Assembly: GCA_000165345.1 (NCBI GenBank)
Contig: CM000433.1
Span: 192,001-256,000, forward strand
Direction: 5' to 3'
Length of the DNA stretch: 64,000 nt
The position numbers and the translations under genes were made by a program. Below the pieces are notes generated by a model that did no database searches, was not told the DNA's origin, and worked only from the letters and a program-made list of their open reading frames with translations. Shown here piece after piece: positions 10,801 through 20,365 of this stretch; position 1 is the first letter of the stretch, and the number at the start of each line of letters is the position of its first letter.

Positions 10801-13800
10801 ATGATAGCATGCTTCCTTGATCATCGCTTCCTGAAAACAAGGGCAAATTAGTTTCATTTTCAATATCATCTTCTAATTCTTCGCCTACTACTTTACTGCC
10901 TTGGAAGTTAAGGATATTTCTCCATCCTTTATTCTCTCTATCTCTTTCATTGTAAGTTGTTGAATCATCATCTTCCTCTTCTTCAATTTTTTCTGAGACG
11001 CGTTTTTCTTTAGATAAAATGGACCCTTTTAATATTCCTGCCCAAGTATTTGCTGTTGAAATTATAGATTTTTTGTGATCGAAATTTTCAATTAAACCAT
11101 TTGAAGATTCTTTGATATCCTTGAATTCACTATCAATTAAATTTGATAAAAATAAGTAAACTCTAATAATTCCATCAGCTTCAACAAACATTTCGTCCTG
11201 AATTAATTTATCAGAAAACTCCATTTCATCCAAAAATAAAAGTTGTTCAATAAAAGGTTCTAAAGTTAAATCCCACATACTTGATTCCCTTGAAATAACA
11301 TTCATAAAAATACTCTCCAATGTAGAGATTCCTTCAATAGGCGAGGTTGTCTCTTTCTGAAATTGCAATGCGTAATCAAGCTGTGACTTTTCAAGCTCAA
11401 ATAATTCTTCATCAGAGACCCCAGTTAATACATCAGCCAATCTACATAAAACTCTGACTACAACCTTTTTTGAAGATGAAAGTCGGTTTTGACCTTTCAA
11501 TGTACCCAACAATATATTAACAGACCTCCCTGGCCATGAAATTTCCAACGCAGTATCGGGGTCAAAAGCAGCGAAATGTTTTTCCTCTTTTTTCAGAGAA
11601 TATTCGAATAGGGACTGTATTTCAGAAGTTCTTAAGTATTCTCTAAAGCCTTTATATCTAGATAATGCTCTTACAACTCTAGAAGAAGAAAGAATTGAGA
11701 ACATATCATGCGTCTGAACCTCATTTACATTGCTTAAGTGGTTAACTACAAGTTTAAAGGGGGAATTCAAAATAAATTGATTCCAGGAATATTTGAGACC
11801 TAGGAAGATGATTAAACCAATGTCTTTTGCAAATGTTTCTTTGAAAATATGCCAATTACTACTATCTTTATTGTTTATTAGCCTGCGAATATAATTAAGT
11901 ATATGTGTCCAAAGAGGCCCCAAAATACTAAATGTTAGATCATTTTCAGAACTAGAAACATCTTTGTTTTCAGACAAAGCAATATCATCTCCGTTTTCAT
12001 CTTTTTTTATTCCATCCTTATTAAGCGACTCTATCTTTAAAAGTCTTAGTAATTCATTTATAGATATTGTATCCATTTCTGTGATGTCTATCATAGAGAG
12101 TATCTGAATTGCTGAAATAGGAACCGATTCACCCGGAATCTCAAGTAGTCTCATGAAGAGAATACAATATCCTCTTTTATAAATCTCTTCAATTACTTTT
12201 GAGCAAATCCCTATTGTCTTATTCTTGAAAAGAAAAACAATCATGTTCAGTATTGCTTGAATACTTTTTTGAACTTTTTCCGAGTTTGCATTTTTTAATA
12301 TCTCCAATATACCTTCTGAAGAACTGTTTGAACCTTCAATATTTGAACTGTAAAATGAAACCATTTCTCTAAAATATTGGTTTCCGTTTAGAAATTCTAA
12401 CTGAGGATTTAAAAAATCCATTTGTTGGATAATGTAGTTGAGAACTTGAAATGATTCACCATTACCAAATATTCTAAATTGAGTTCCAAGTGGCATGTTT
12501 CCATTATATATGTTTAGAGCTTTCCCTATCAGCGATGAGCTTTCAGATATTGGGATATATTGTATAGATTCAACTTGCTCACTTCTATTGCAGATACTTA
12601 ATAACGTGGCCATACAAGCAAATACAACGTCCGGATCACCAAATGGGATTTCTTTTATTGGTATTAACATCCAATCAATAAGATGAAAATTTACAATCAT
12701 TTGCATTAAAGCCACTTTACTAGATTCAACAAAGCAATTTACAGTTTGAATCACCTCTGAACATAATATCGATGTCTTTTCATCAAATTTTGATGTGAGT
12801 CCACTAGATAAAAATTCAGACAGTATTGGCATTAGAAAATTTGAGTGCAATCCTAAATCAACACAGGCTTTTGACGCCTTTTCAGAAGCTAAACAACAAT
12901 TCCGGATTATTTTTAGGTAGAAAATAATTAATGTCTGCTGGAAATCTGTAAATTTGACAAAATCTGGTAGAATATTTAAGCTCAAAGTCTCTTTCTGCTT
13001 ACCTTTGTAAATAGTCTGCTTTTTATTGCGTTTTTTTGAAAGTAATTTAGCAATCTTGTGGATTGAAAATGAGTCTCCTCTTCCAAGCTGACCAGATGCA
13101 GAAATCTCACGAGAAATATAATCAAGTGCCTGATCAGACAATATATGTTCAGTTGATGACCATCTGAAAAATTGCTCATTTTTTGGTCTGTTTACTGTTA
13201 ATGATTGACCTTGGTTTCCCATCTCTCCATATCCACCCTTATTTATGTTTGCAGGAGTTGAATAAAGATATAAAGTAATTAGTGTTCCAGCAAGATCCAT
13301 GGGAACTCCATAACCTGACAATATGATTGCATTATCTTTGTAAAGGGAAACTAGTGCTAAAATAGACATTAATGGTCTATGAAACTCCGTTCTAACATAA
13401 GATGAGGTATAATCCAGTATCAATCCCATGTGGTCATTTAATGCCATTGCTAATAGCCTACTGTGCGGAAGAATCGACATAGATGCAAATACCGTTTGCA
13501 CTATAGGATCTGAAAAATGCCGACCTTTAAGAGCTGGGAAAACTAAAGTACTTATTATATAACTAACTTCACTTTGAACATCTTTCTTATTCATAAGACC
13601 TCCAAGTAGCCTGGAAACTCCAATTGCAAGGCCTCCTGATGGTATATGAATCAGCCTGACTAATGCAGTTAATAGCCAAATTCTACAAAAGTCAGAACTT
13701 TGAGTAATTGGGTTTTCTTCCTGCCGGTCAATTGCTAATGCAAAAAGTTCCAAAAATCTTTCAGTTTCTCTGGCTCTATCACTAGGTAGTCTCGCAGAAG

Positions 13801-14824
13801 GACTGAATACTTTGATAAACCTTCTTGCTTCAAAATGATCGATATCACCTAAGTCACCTCCATAGTCAGTTGTCCATGGTTTCATGGTTTCATTGTAAAT
13901 GCTCTCTGACCCTTGAAGAATATTGGCACAAAGCTGGATAGTTGGCCCCTCATCAATTAAATATTCAAGCAACTCTATTAGTATGTCAATACGCCCATAA
14001 TTAGTGCTACTTACATTTCCAAGTTCTAGGATCTTTGTAGCATCATATCTACTCCCTTGTCTTAATTCATAAACATCATCATAGTTATTAATAAGGCTGA
14101 AGTCAAAATTCATATTTCTCTTCCTTTGCAAAGCTGTCAGCTCACGCCCATTGAGATATCTTAAATTAGGCAAGCAAGAGATTATTAATGATTGGTATTC
14201 CGGGAAAATACTACAAAATGGGTTTCCTTGAATGGAAAATTCTCTTATAGAATCTTTAAACATCAAAGCTAGCCTTCCTAAGATACTTGGCAGTACATTT
14301 ATGTTGTTATATGACAAATCTAACCGTCTTAACTTATTACACTTACTTATGTTCTTCCAAGCTTCCTTACCAGAACAATTAATTTGAATATTGTTATTGG
14401 AAAGATTAAGATACATAAGATTTTCTAAAAATGTTAAATCAGGTAATTCAGACAAATTGTTTGAGCTTAAATTGAGATTAATTAAATATGGTAGAGAAAT
14501 TGGGCTCTCAAATTCCGAAATTTTGTTTCCCATCAAATTTAAGTTGATTAAGGAATAAAACCTCAGAGAGTCATCCATGCTAAACATGCCCTCTAAGCTA
14601 ACCAAATCATTATTACTTAAGTCGATTGTCTCAATTTCACTCAAATTTAGGTATTTGTTCATCAAACCATCTGATGTACCTCTAAGAGTTGTCAGTTTAA
14701 AATTTTGACCACTAAAATCTAAAACCTTATGACTTTTGTATTTCCACCCTTCGCCAAGGAGTTCACGAAACTCATACTTGGAAAGTTCGGTCACATATTC
14801 TGTCGTTTTCTTTTGTACTTGCAT
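7808..14824 (-). CDS. Very large (2338 aa) leucine-rich-repeat protein with a long helical-repeat body and an internal poly-Lys tract
   Basis: Intact 7 kb ORF with an ATG at 14824. N-terminal LRRs: LSNNDLVSLEG, LNLMGNKISEF, LNLSSNNLSELPDL, LNLSNNNIQ, LDLSYNNINVLP. A K10 run near the C-terminus is encoded by (CTTTTT)n-like DNA at about 8176-8208. Confidence 0.6.
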   Translation of the reverse strand: MQVQKKTTEYVTELSKYEFRELLGEGWKYKSHKVLDFSGQNFKLTTLRGTSDGLMNKYLNLSEIETIDLSNNDLVSLEGMFSMDDSLRFYSLINLNLMGNKISEFESPISLPYLINLNLSSNNLSELPDLTFLENLMYLNLSNNNIQINCSGKEAWKNISKCNKLRRLDLSYNNINVLPSILGRLALMFKDSIREFSIQGNPFCSIFPEYQSLIISCLPNLRYLNGRELTALQRKRNMNFDFSLINNYDDVYELRQGSRYDATKILELGNVSSTNYGRIDILIELLEYLIDEGPTIQLCANILQGSESIYNETMKPWTTDYGGDLGDIDHFEARRFIKVFSPSARLPSDRARETERFLELFALAIDRQEENPITQSSDFCRIWLLTALVRLIHIPSGGLAIGVSRLLGGLMNKKDVQSEVSYIISTLVFPALKGRHFSDPIVQTVFASMSILPHSRLLAMALNDHMGLILDYTSSYVRTEFHRPLMSILALVSLYKDNAIILSGYGVPMDLAGTLITLYLYSTPANINKGGYGEMGNQGQSLTVNRPKNEQFFRWSSTEHILSDQALDYISREISASGQLGRGDSFSIHKIAKLLSKKRNKKQTIYKGKQKETLSLNILPDFVKFTDFQQTLIIFYLKIIRNCCLASEKASKACVDLGLHSNFLMPILSEFLSSGLTSKFDEKTSILCSEVIQTVNCFVESSKVALMQMIVNFHLIDWMLIPIKEIPFGDPDVVFACMATLLSICNRSEQVESIQYIPISESSSLIGKALNIYNGNMPLGTQFRIFGNGESFQVLNYIIQQMDFLNPQLEFLNGNQYFREMVSFYSSNIEGSNSSSEGILEILKNANSEKVQKSIQAILNMIVFLFKNKTIGICSKVIEEIYKRGYCILFMRLLEIPGESVPISAIQILSMIDITEMDTISINELLRLLKIESLNKDGIKKDENGDDIALSENKDVSSSENDLTFSILGPLWTHILNYIRRLINNKDSSNWHIFKETFAKDIGLIIFLGLKYSWNQFILNSPFKLVVNHLSNVNEVQTHDMFSILSSSRVVRALSRYKGFREYLRTSEIQSLFEYSLKKEEKHFAAFDPDTALEISWPGRSVNILLGTLKGQNRLSSSKKVVVRVLCRLADVLTGVSDEELFELEKSQLDYALQFQKETTSPIEGISTLESIFMNVISRESSMWDLTLEPFIEQLLFLDEMEFSDKLIQDEMFVEADGIIRVYLFLSNLIDSEFKDIKESSNGLIENFDHKKSIISTANTWAGILKGSILSKEKRVSEKIEEEEDDDSTTYNERDRENKGWRNILNFQGSKVVGEELEDDIENETNLPLFSGSDDQGSMLSLSDSDIEIEEVADLDYEANPNEETIIIHPRARNILHGVYNKYGPLTTGSIESDLKVSNSLSFDNIGGANSSNSISLTSASLSSSETVKAQNKLEGSGSVWKNIISATVNIHLAVAPFLRIIFVCIKSNTSLKLRSYAKKVMLKPYILDGTAKLVLSCGLLESHVASKFLIILSDIFELETNTNAASMDLLIPLYIGFWFINSILDAIVYILQQATRRHLKPEEQLLCTCLCKAIYSMLELLGNIQFSRVESINEYGLEKSIRYFISPLLLNCLQQMVLFDIQISIGSSHGTYMAHIPLMFTRKYIQEKKEEMPETMIKLRESMRQYSSKSLSLLMEKSSKYRYYVVEGFTFQTIFRHFPLRRSFVFELMDHVNTLHFSKGVELFLSYYYERNERIIGVYPCYVFIQTKELRDYVKKERSKKNDESTKKGNDISSSISELTGINLSGILGGSNSDNEDPGPPQSIRSVLILTTNAYYIFERPKTVRNVVANEQFKYKEDPTAIIKREYSDLKRIVRSLLGEQTAMLGWNLNSGSTSQNDKTSENVDAINSNFTWRSTIYDIIIFDKIDDRDEMLNRIRKKSAEFLSIPLNIYNDFVSRTCLSHLLRIDNVRAIQFALGEKLKPEEINNPKIDKLYSLRPPDLKKKKFFIDEMIDTVSDLIFPPKRKSRFPISAYPRAAMLHDAEKAQLKLYVVTINSVYEFLVDWRFWFCPDSNMLETGEDLYFRREMVIPPSVEISSLKEVSDSISGVQKHGLMNFLGILDKIPNQNVDISEDKFQGNDESIDKNNEENKNSKPGTNTRKLENKSIGISLKNFRSEFATWYETRLKLAKENLFQKLRVFRIHRLRIAQFGPLEEPEVKLVYQLCPKKKKKKKKKKNQWEKSKGDAENDAKAKIFKPTSSDEDPLLGSDESDGDVSDSKDATSKERKKLSRLTSLQLIFLDDSARERFKIGIAIVINELENSNDWKRRMVPVLNPPNLNKVNQKNYKNDKSVFSSFLL

Positions 14825-14965
14825 TATTATTGCAGCATTTTATTATAAAAATACCTTTTAAAATCCCACAGATTGCTTTTCAGTTTGCCATGCAAATAAC
14901 AAAAAAGCACACTTACCGCCATCAAACGATTTTATTTTAGGGCCTACATGACCGCCACCCGATAC

Positions 14966-14987
14966 TTTGGCGGCACAGTTTTGGCGG
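14966..14987. promoter_or_regulatory. Tandem E2F-like boxes (TTTGGCGG x2) flanked by CCATGCAAA repeats in a divergent promoter
   Basis: actTTTGGCGGcacagTTTTGGCGGtgtCCATGCAAAa, and GCCATGCAAA again at 14887-14896. The site is 140-170 bp upstream of the LRR-gene ATG (14824, minus) and about 500 bp upstream of the CDPK ATG. Confidence 0.45.
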
Positions 14988-15480
14988 TGTCCATGCAAAA
15001 TAAATCTGAATAGACAGTGCGAAAAGAAATAAAGACATGTTAAAAGCTCGATGCAATCATTAATGCTCTCGAATTGATCGATAGATTATTTGATCTTGAC
15101 ATTATCAAGAAGCTTAACTGTTTTTTGTTGCAGAATTTTGTGAATCAACGGTTATAGTTATCAAGGTCAAATTATTTTACGATCGGCAAAATAACTGAAC
15201 GTCAAATAAAGAAAGCCAGATAAAATTGGGAAAAATTACTTCAAACTGAAGGTAGGGATTGAAATAAAAAGAATAGGTCTGGTACTTAAATTATGTAAAA
15301 AAAATAATAACAATAACTATTAAACTGTAAGTTAATTGTTAGATTAATATTTAAGACTAATCATTATTTGGAAATAAACCAAGACAATAGTCTATTCAAT
15401 ATTTTTTCTTATTGTTGATTTATAGACAAGTGATTTGAATAAATAGTTTTTTGTGAATATCACTTTTTATTCAAAAGAAA

Positions 15481-17028
15481 ATGGGTTGTACTCCTTCTAA
15501 AGGGAAAGTTGAATTTACTTCGCGGAAGCGTGAGGAAAACGAAAAGGAAGTAGAAATTAAATCAGTAGAAATTAAAAATGACCTACAAGCAACTCCTGGA
15601 ATGTTCATTACATCAAAAAAAGGCCATCTGTCAGAAATGTATCAAAGAGTTAAAAAACTAGGTTCTGGAGCTTATGGAGAAGTGTTGTTGTGCAGAGACA
15701 AGGTAACTCATGTAGAGAGAGCCATAAAAATTATCCGAAAAACTTCAGTTAGTACCTCTTCAAATTCTAAGTTATTGGAAGAGGTTGCAGTATTAAAATT
15801 GTTAGATCATCCAAATATCATGAAGCTATACGATTTTTTTGAAGATAAAAGAAATTATTATCTTGTTATGGAATGTTACAAGGGTGGAGAGTTATTTGAT
15901 GAAATTATTCATAGGATGAAATTTAATGAAGTTGATGCAGCAGTCATTATCAAGCAAGTATTGAGTGGCGTTACATATTTACATAAACACAACATAGTTC
16001 ATAGAGATTTAAAGCCTGAAAATCTTTTATTGGAATCAAAGGAAAAAGACGCATTGATTAAAATTGTTGACTTTGGTCTTTCAGCCGTTTTTGAAAACCA
16101 GAAAAAAATGAAAGAACGTCTTGGCACTGCATACTATATTGCTCCTGAAGTCCTCAGGAAAAAATATGATGAAAAATGTGATGTTTGGTCAATTGGTGTA
16201 ATATTATTCATTCTATTAGCAGGTTATCCTCCATTTGGGGGGCAGACAGATCAAGAGATACTCAGGAAAGTCGAAAAGGGTAAATACACATTTGATTCAC
16301 CCGAATGGAAGAATGTCTCTGAAGGTGCAAAGGATTTAATTAAACAGATGCTTCAATTTGACTCTCAAAGAAGAATTTCCGCTCAGCAAGCCCTGGAACA
16401 TCCATGGATCAAGGAGATGTGTAGTAAGAAAGAATCAGGTATTGAGCTACCAAGCCTTGCTAATGCTATTGAGAATATGCGTAAATTCCAGAACTCCCAA
16501 AAGCTTGCGCAGGCAGCTCTACTTTATATGGCTTCAAAACTAACTTCTCAAGAGGAAACAAAAGAGCTAACAGATATTTTCAGACATATAGACAAAAATG
16601 GCGATGGGCAGCTTGATCGTCAAGAACTAATTGATGGGTATTCAAAGTTATCTGGAGAAGAGGTTGCAGTATTTGATTTACCTCAGATTGAAAGTGAAGT
16701 AGATGCAATTCTAGGCGCTGCAGACTTTGATAGAAATGGTTACATCGACTATTCAGAGTTTGTTACTGTTGCAATGGATCGAAAATCTTTATTAAGCAAA
16801 GATAAGTTGGAATCAGCTTTCCAAAAATTCGATCAAGACGGGAATGGTAAGATAAGTGTAGATGAACTTGCTTCAGTTTTTGGATTAGATCATTTGGAAA
16901 GTAAAACATGGAAAGAAATGATATCTGGAATAGATTCAAACAATGATGGCGATGTTGATTTTGAGGAATTCTGTAAAATGATACAGAAGCTCTGTTCTAA
17001 TAATGAACCCCAGCTCAAAAAAAATTAA
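15481..17028 (+). CDS. Calcium-dependent protein kinase (CDPK) with an N-terminal MGC acylation motif, a Ser/Thr kinase domain and four EF hands
   Basis: 515-aa ORF. Kinase motifs: GSGAYGEVLLC, HRDLKPENLL, DFG, APE. Four EF loops: DKNGDGQLD, DFDRNGYIDYSEF, DQDGNGKISVDEL, DSNNDGDVDFEEF. It aligns residue-by-residue from memory with Plasmodium CDPK1 (LGTAYYIAPEVLRKKY.EKCDVWS.GVIL.ILL.GYPPFGGQ.DQ.I..KVEKGKY.FD). The gatekeeper is Met (LVMECY), so this is not the Gly-gatekeeper CDPK1 type. Confidence 0.9.
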   Translation: MGCTPSKGKVEFTSRKREENEKEVEIKSVEIKNDLQATPGMFITSKKGHLSEMYQRVKKLGSGAYGEVLLCRDKVTHVERAIKIIRKTSVSTSSNSKLLEEVAVLKLLDHPNIMKLYDFFEDKRNYYLVMECYKGGELFDEIIHRMKFNEVDAAVIIKQVLSGVTYLHKHNIVHRDLKPENLLLESKEKDALIKIVDFGLSAVFENQKKMKERLGTAYYIAPEVLRKKYDEKCDVWSIGVILFILLAGYPPFGGQTDQEILRKVEKGKYTFDSPEWKNVSEGAKDLIKQMLQFDSQRRISAQQALEHPWIKEMCSKKESGIELPSLANAIENMRKFQNSQKLAQAALLYMASKLTSQEETKELTDIFRHIDKNGDGQLDRQELIDGYSKLSGEEVAVFDLPQIESEVDAILGAADFDRNGYIDYSEFVTVAMDRKSLLSKDKLESAFQKFDQDGNGKISVDELASVFGLDHLESKTWKEMISGIDSNNDGDVDFEEFCKMIQKLCSNNEPQLKKN

Positions 17029-17659
17029 TATTCTCTGTTTCTAATATTAATGGCTTTTTTAACGGATCTTTTTTTTTTATTTATTGTATTTTTTTTCTTG
17101 AAAGATATTTTCAATAATTTCAGTCTAATTTTCTCATCCTTTATTATTTTAATTTAAATTGGGTTTTTGTTACTAATAAAATAATTATATAGTATTCTCT
17201 CCTAAATCTAAGTGACAGATTTACTAAAAATATTTCTAAAACTTGCATAATAAAACTATTAGCCAGAAATTATTCTCTTTAAGTTTACTCTTTTTTTATA
17301 ATAAGCTCCTGAAAACTTAGTCTTAAATATTAATTAATTCAATGATTATAACAATTCTCAACTTTAATCGCCAATTATGATCAAGACAGTAAGGCGATGC
17401 ATTCCAAATCATTACAAATACTTACATAACTAAAGTATATATTTGCATACAAACAAAAAATAAATAAAAATTAATTATTAATCAAATAATGCCTGAAAGT
17501 GAGAAGAAGTAGAAAATAGAGATAAAATATAAACTTTGTTTTGCCAAATGTTGAATTTGACACTTTAACTTAAAAATTCACACATTGAGAAATCATTTTA
17601 TTAAAGTTATCATCTTAGTTTAATGTTACATTATATTATATTTTATTATATATATATGA

Positions 17660-20365
17660 CTATGCGGAAATAAAGTTACTCTTGAAGCCCTGATGTTCTT
17701 TCATGTCTTCAGCCTTTTCTTTTCTATCCAGTATAATGATTATTATTCCAATAATGAGCAGCGCAAGCGTACACACAATCAGAACACCTCTTATGGTCTT
17801 TTGTGGGCTAACAGAAAGAACAAGTGTCCAGTGGTGTGGAGCATCTATTGGGTTAAGTTGCGCAATTATTTGAGTGTTTGGAATGAGACCTGTCCAAATA
17901 TTGGCGTAAGTAAACTGAGCACTTCCACTATTCCATCTTGAAACTCCATCACTGAATAATTGTCTATATTCTAAAATTGAATCACTTCCTGAAAGCAATT
18001 TTTTGTTAATGTAGTTAGTTCCTACATATAGCTCTTCTATATAATTGTTCGTCTTTCCCAAACCAAATAGTACAAAAGGAGTTTGAAGAACTCTCCCCGT
18101 AGAATGAGACATTTGCGTTGCAGTCATTAAAATATCGTCTCCTACCAATCCAGTCATTCTGATTTTGACTGTAGCACCAAAAAATGTAGTTCCTACTTTT
18201 TTTGAATTTCCAGAGAGTTGTTTTGATATGATTGGGAAGTTTAATACAGAAACTTTAACAAAAAGATTGGGGTTATCTGATGACGCAATATTCAATGAAA
18301 CTTTGGCTTTACCACTTTTTTCTGGATAAGAAACTGAAATAATATCTAAATTACCATCCTCGAAGAAGTCATAAAATGCTGCATATTCAACTGAAAAATT
18401 GGTAGATGTTGATATCGAGCTTGAGACAACAAATCTTCTGTAGAGAGGATCTCCGTTTTGGATTATGTCATTATTTGTTAAAAACCCGGACAACCATTGA
18501 AATGCATACTTAAACATTTTTGATATTTTTTCATATAGTTTGCCCTTTTCTTTTAAGTTTAAAGTATTAGAATTACTTGAATTTACGTCATATCCATCCA
18601 AATTAAATTGAGCTAATGGTTCGTTTGTTTTGTTAACCATCGTTCTTTCAATAGGTAAGTTTTCAATAAGTTTTGTTTGCCTTGTTCCATTCCCAAACTT
18701 TAATATTGCGAGTATATCTGGATATCCGTCCAAATTAAAGTCTCCTATATTGATTTCTACCTGATTGTTTTCATTTATTGCCCATTGCATGGATGATTCT
18801 TTAATGGATTTATTATTCGGAAAAAATGAAAAAAAAGATGCAACTTGGTTGGCAATATTGTTTTTCTGAGAATGCTCTAACCCTTCGTCAATAGAATTAT
18901 TAAATGTTTTATTTTGAGTATTGATTTCATCAATAATACTATCTGAAATGGCTGAAACAGTAAAATCATTGAAAAACGACCCCATTGAATGGCTGTCAAT
19001 CTTCTTTCCTCCAAATAGTGATGAAAAGAATCCAACTGCATTTTTATTACTATCGTATGATTCAAGTTCCTGAAATATAAGTTTAATATCTTCATCAGTA
19101 AAGCTATGAATTTTAAATGGAGATGCAGAACAATACATATTCGGACTCCTGCACTTAATAGTAAATTCACTATCGTTTTCCTTAATATTGTTTTTATATA
19201 TGGAAAAACCAAATTGATTTGTACTAGTACAGTCTTTATATTCGTGGATATTTGGAATAAAAACTAGACGGCTTTTTGACTCGCACCCAAAATTACCTAG
19301 GTGGCAAACAGGCACAATAAGATCTGTAGTTCCATCTCTATTAAAATCCGAGTACGAAATACCTAATGTACCAATAGGCAGTAGTATCAAACCTAATTTA
19401 TTATTTTTTTGATTCTGATGAAAATATCTTCTGAAAACTGAAATATCTCCAATTATTTCATTTGTCCAAATCTCTAAACCTTTCCTGACTGGAGAGCCAA
19501 AATCGTTATATTCTGTGTTTGGATCTTCATAATAAACTTCAAGAACTAAATCTGATCTACAATCTCCATCCATATCTACAAACGCTGATGAATGTCCTTT
19601 AACCAAGCGGCCATAGTTATAATTTGATGATTCAAGATCCACCCATTGACTAATCTCATTTCCCCACTCATATTTTTTTAAAAATATTTTATCAGGTAAA
19701 TTATGATTTTCAGAGTTTTTTTTATCAAAGGTAGATTCGATATTATTTTCATTCACCCAAATAAATCTTTTCCCATCGTCAGATTCTCCAAGTAAATCCA
19801 GCATTCCATCTCCATTGATATCAATTGCTAGAGGGTCAACCACAGAAAACTCGTTGTCCTGTGAAACCCATACGTTTTCCAGCTCCATGCTTCTAGGATT
19901 GTAAGAAAATAGCATCAACCCAATTTTATCGCGTTTATTACTTTTGATATTTTGCTCTTTGTAAAATGTTACCATAATATCAACCTTACCATTTCCTGTC
20001 CAGTCTGTGGCTATTAACGATGCCAATTTACCATCAAAATTCGCCATGGGGCCATTATAAAACTCTCCTTCAGTATTATTCCAAAGCAAGACTTTAATTT
20101 TTTTCTCTTGCTCATTGAATACTACTATATCTGTGAATTTGTCGCCATTAAAGTCCACAAAACTTTTAATTTTGCCAAGAACTTCAGGGAAATTAAACTT
20201 ATCCAGGCGACTTATGCCTGAAGAGTTCGATTTAAATGGCATTTGTGAATGTAACCATTCTAGATTCCACGTTGAATATACATTTGATAAGCACAGTATT
20301 ATCAGAAAAATATTTCCCAACAAAACTTTCCAAAAAGTGCTGAACTTCCTCCTTGGAAGTATCAT
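17660..20365 (-). CDS. Type I membrane protein with FG-GAP/VCBS-like repeats (ITFG1/TIP-like)
   Basis: 901-aa ORF with N-terminal signal/TM (FLIILCLSNVYS). Repeated DxDGD-type loops: DFNGDKFTDIVVF, DWTGNGKVDIMV, DINGDGMLDLL, VDMDGDCRSDLVLE, DFNRDGTTDLIVP, GDFNLDGYPDILAI. C-terminal TM (LIVCTLALLIIGIIIIIL) followed by a charged tail. Confidence 0.5.
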   Translation of the reverse strand: MILPRRKFSTFWKVLLGNIFLIILCLSNVYSTWNLEWLHSQMPFKSNSSGISRLDKFNFPEVLGKIKSFVDFNGDKFTDIVVFNEQEKKIKVLLWNNTEGEFYNGPMANFDGKLASLIATDWTGNGKVDIMVTFYKEQNIKSNKRDKIGLMLFSYNPRSMELENVWVSQDNEFSVVDPLAIDINGDGMLDLLGESDDGKRFIWVNENNIESTFDKKNSENHNLPDKIFLKKYEWGNEISQWVDLESSNYNYGRLVKGHSSAFVDMDGDCRSDLVLEVYYEDPNTEYNDFGSPVRKGLEIWTNEIIGDISVFRRYFHQNQKNNKLGLILLPIGTLGISYSDFNRDGTTDLIVPVCHLGNFGCESKSRLVFIPNIHEYKDCTSTNQFGFSIYKNNIKENDSEFTIKCRSPNMYCSASPFKIHSFTDEDIKLIFQELESYDSNKNAVGFFSSLFGGKKIDSHSMGSFFNDFTVSAISDSIIDEINTQNKTFNNSIDEGLEHSQKNNIANQVASFFSFFPNNKSIKESSMQWAINENNQVEINIGDFNLDGYPDILAILKFGNGTRQTKLIENLPIERTMVNKTNEPLAQFNLDGYDVNSSNSNTLNLKEKGKLYEKISKMFKYAFQWLSGFLTNNDIIQNGDPLYRRFVVSSSISTSTNFSVEYAAFYDFFEDGNLDIISVSYPEKSGKAKVSLNIASSDNPNLFVKVSVLNFPIISKQLSGNSKKVGTTFFGATVKIRMTGLVGDDILMTATQMSHSTGRVLQTPFVLFGLGKTNNYIEELYVGTNYINKKLLSGSDSILEYRQLFSDGVSRWNSGSAQFTYANIWTGLIPNTQIIAQLNPIDAPHHWTLVLSVSPQKTIRGVLIVCTLALLIIGIIIIILDRKEKAEDMKEHQGFKSNFISA

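Noticed and set aside
8407-13179. Many 60-190-aa ORFs on the plus strand, and small ones on the minus strand, inside the 7-kb LRR gene
   Set aside because: All are embedded in or antisense to the single intact 2338-aa reading frame. AT-rich antisense strands generate such ORFs by chance.
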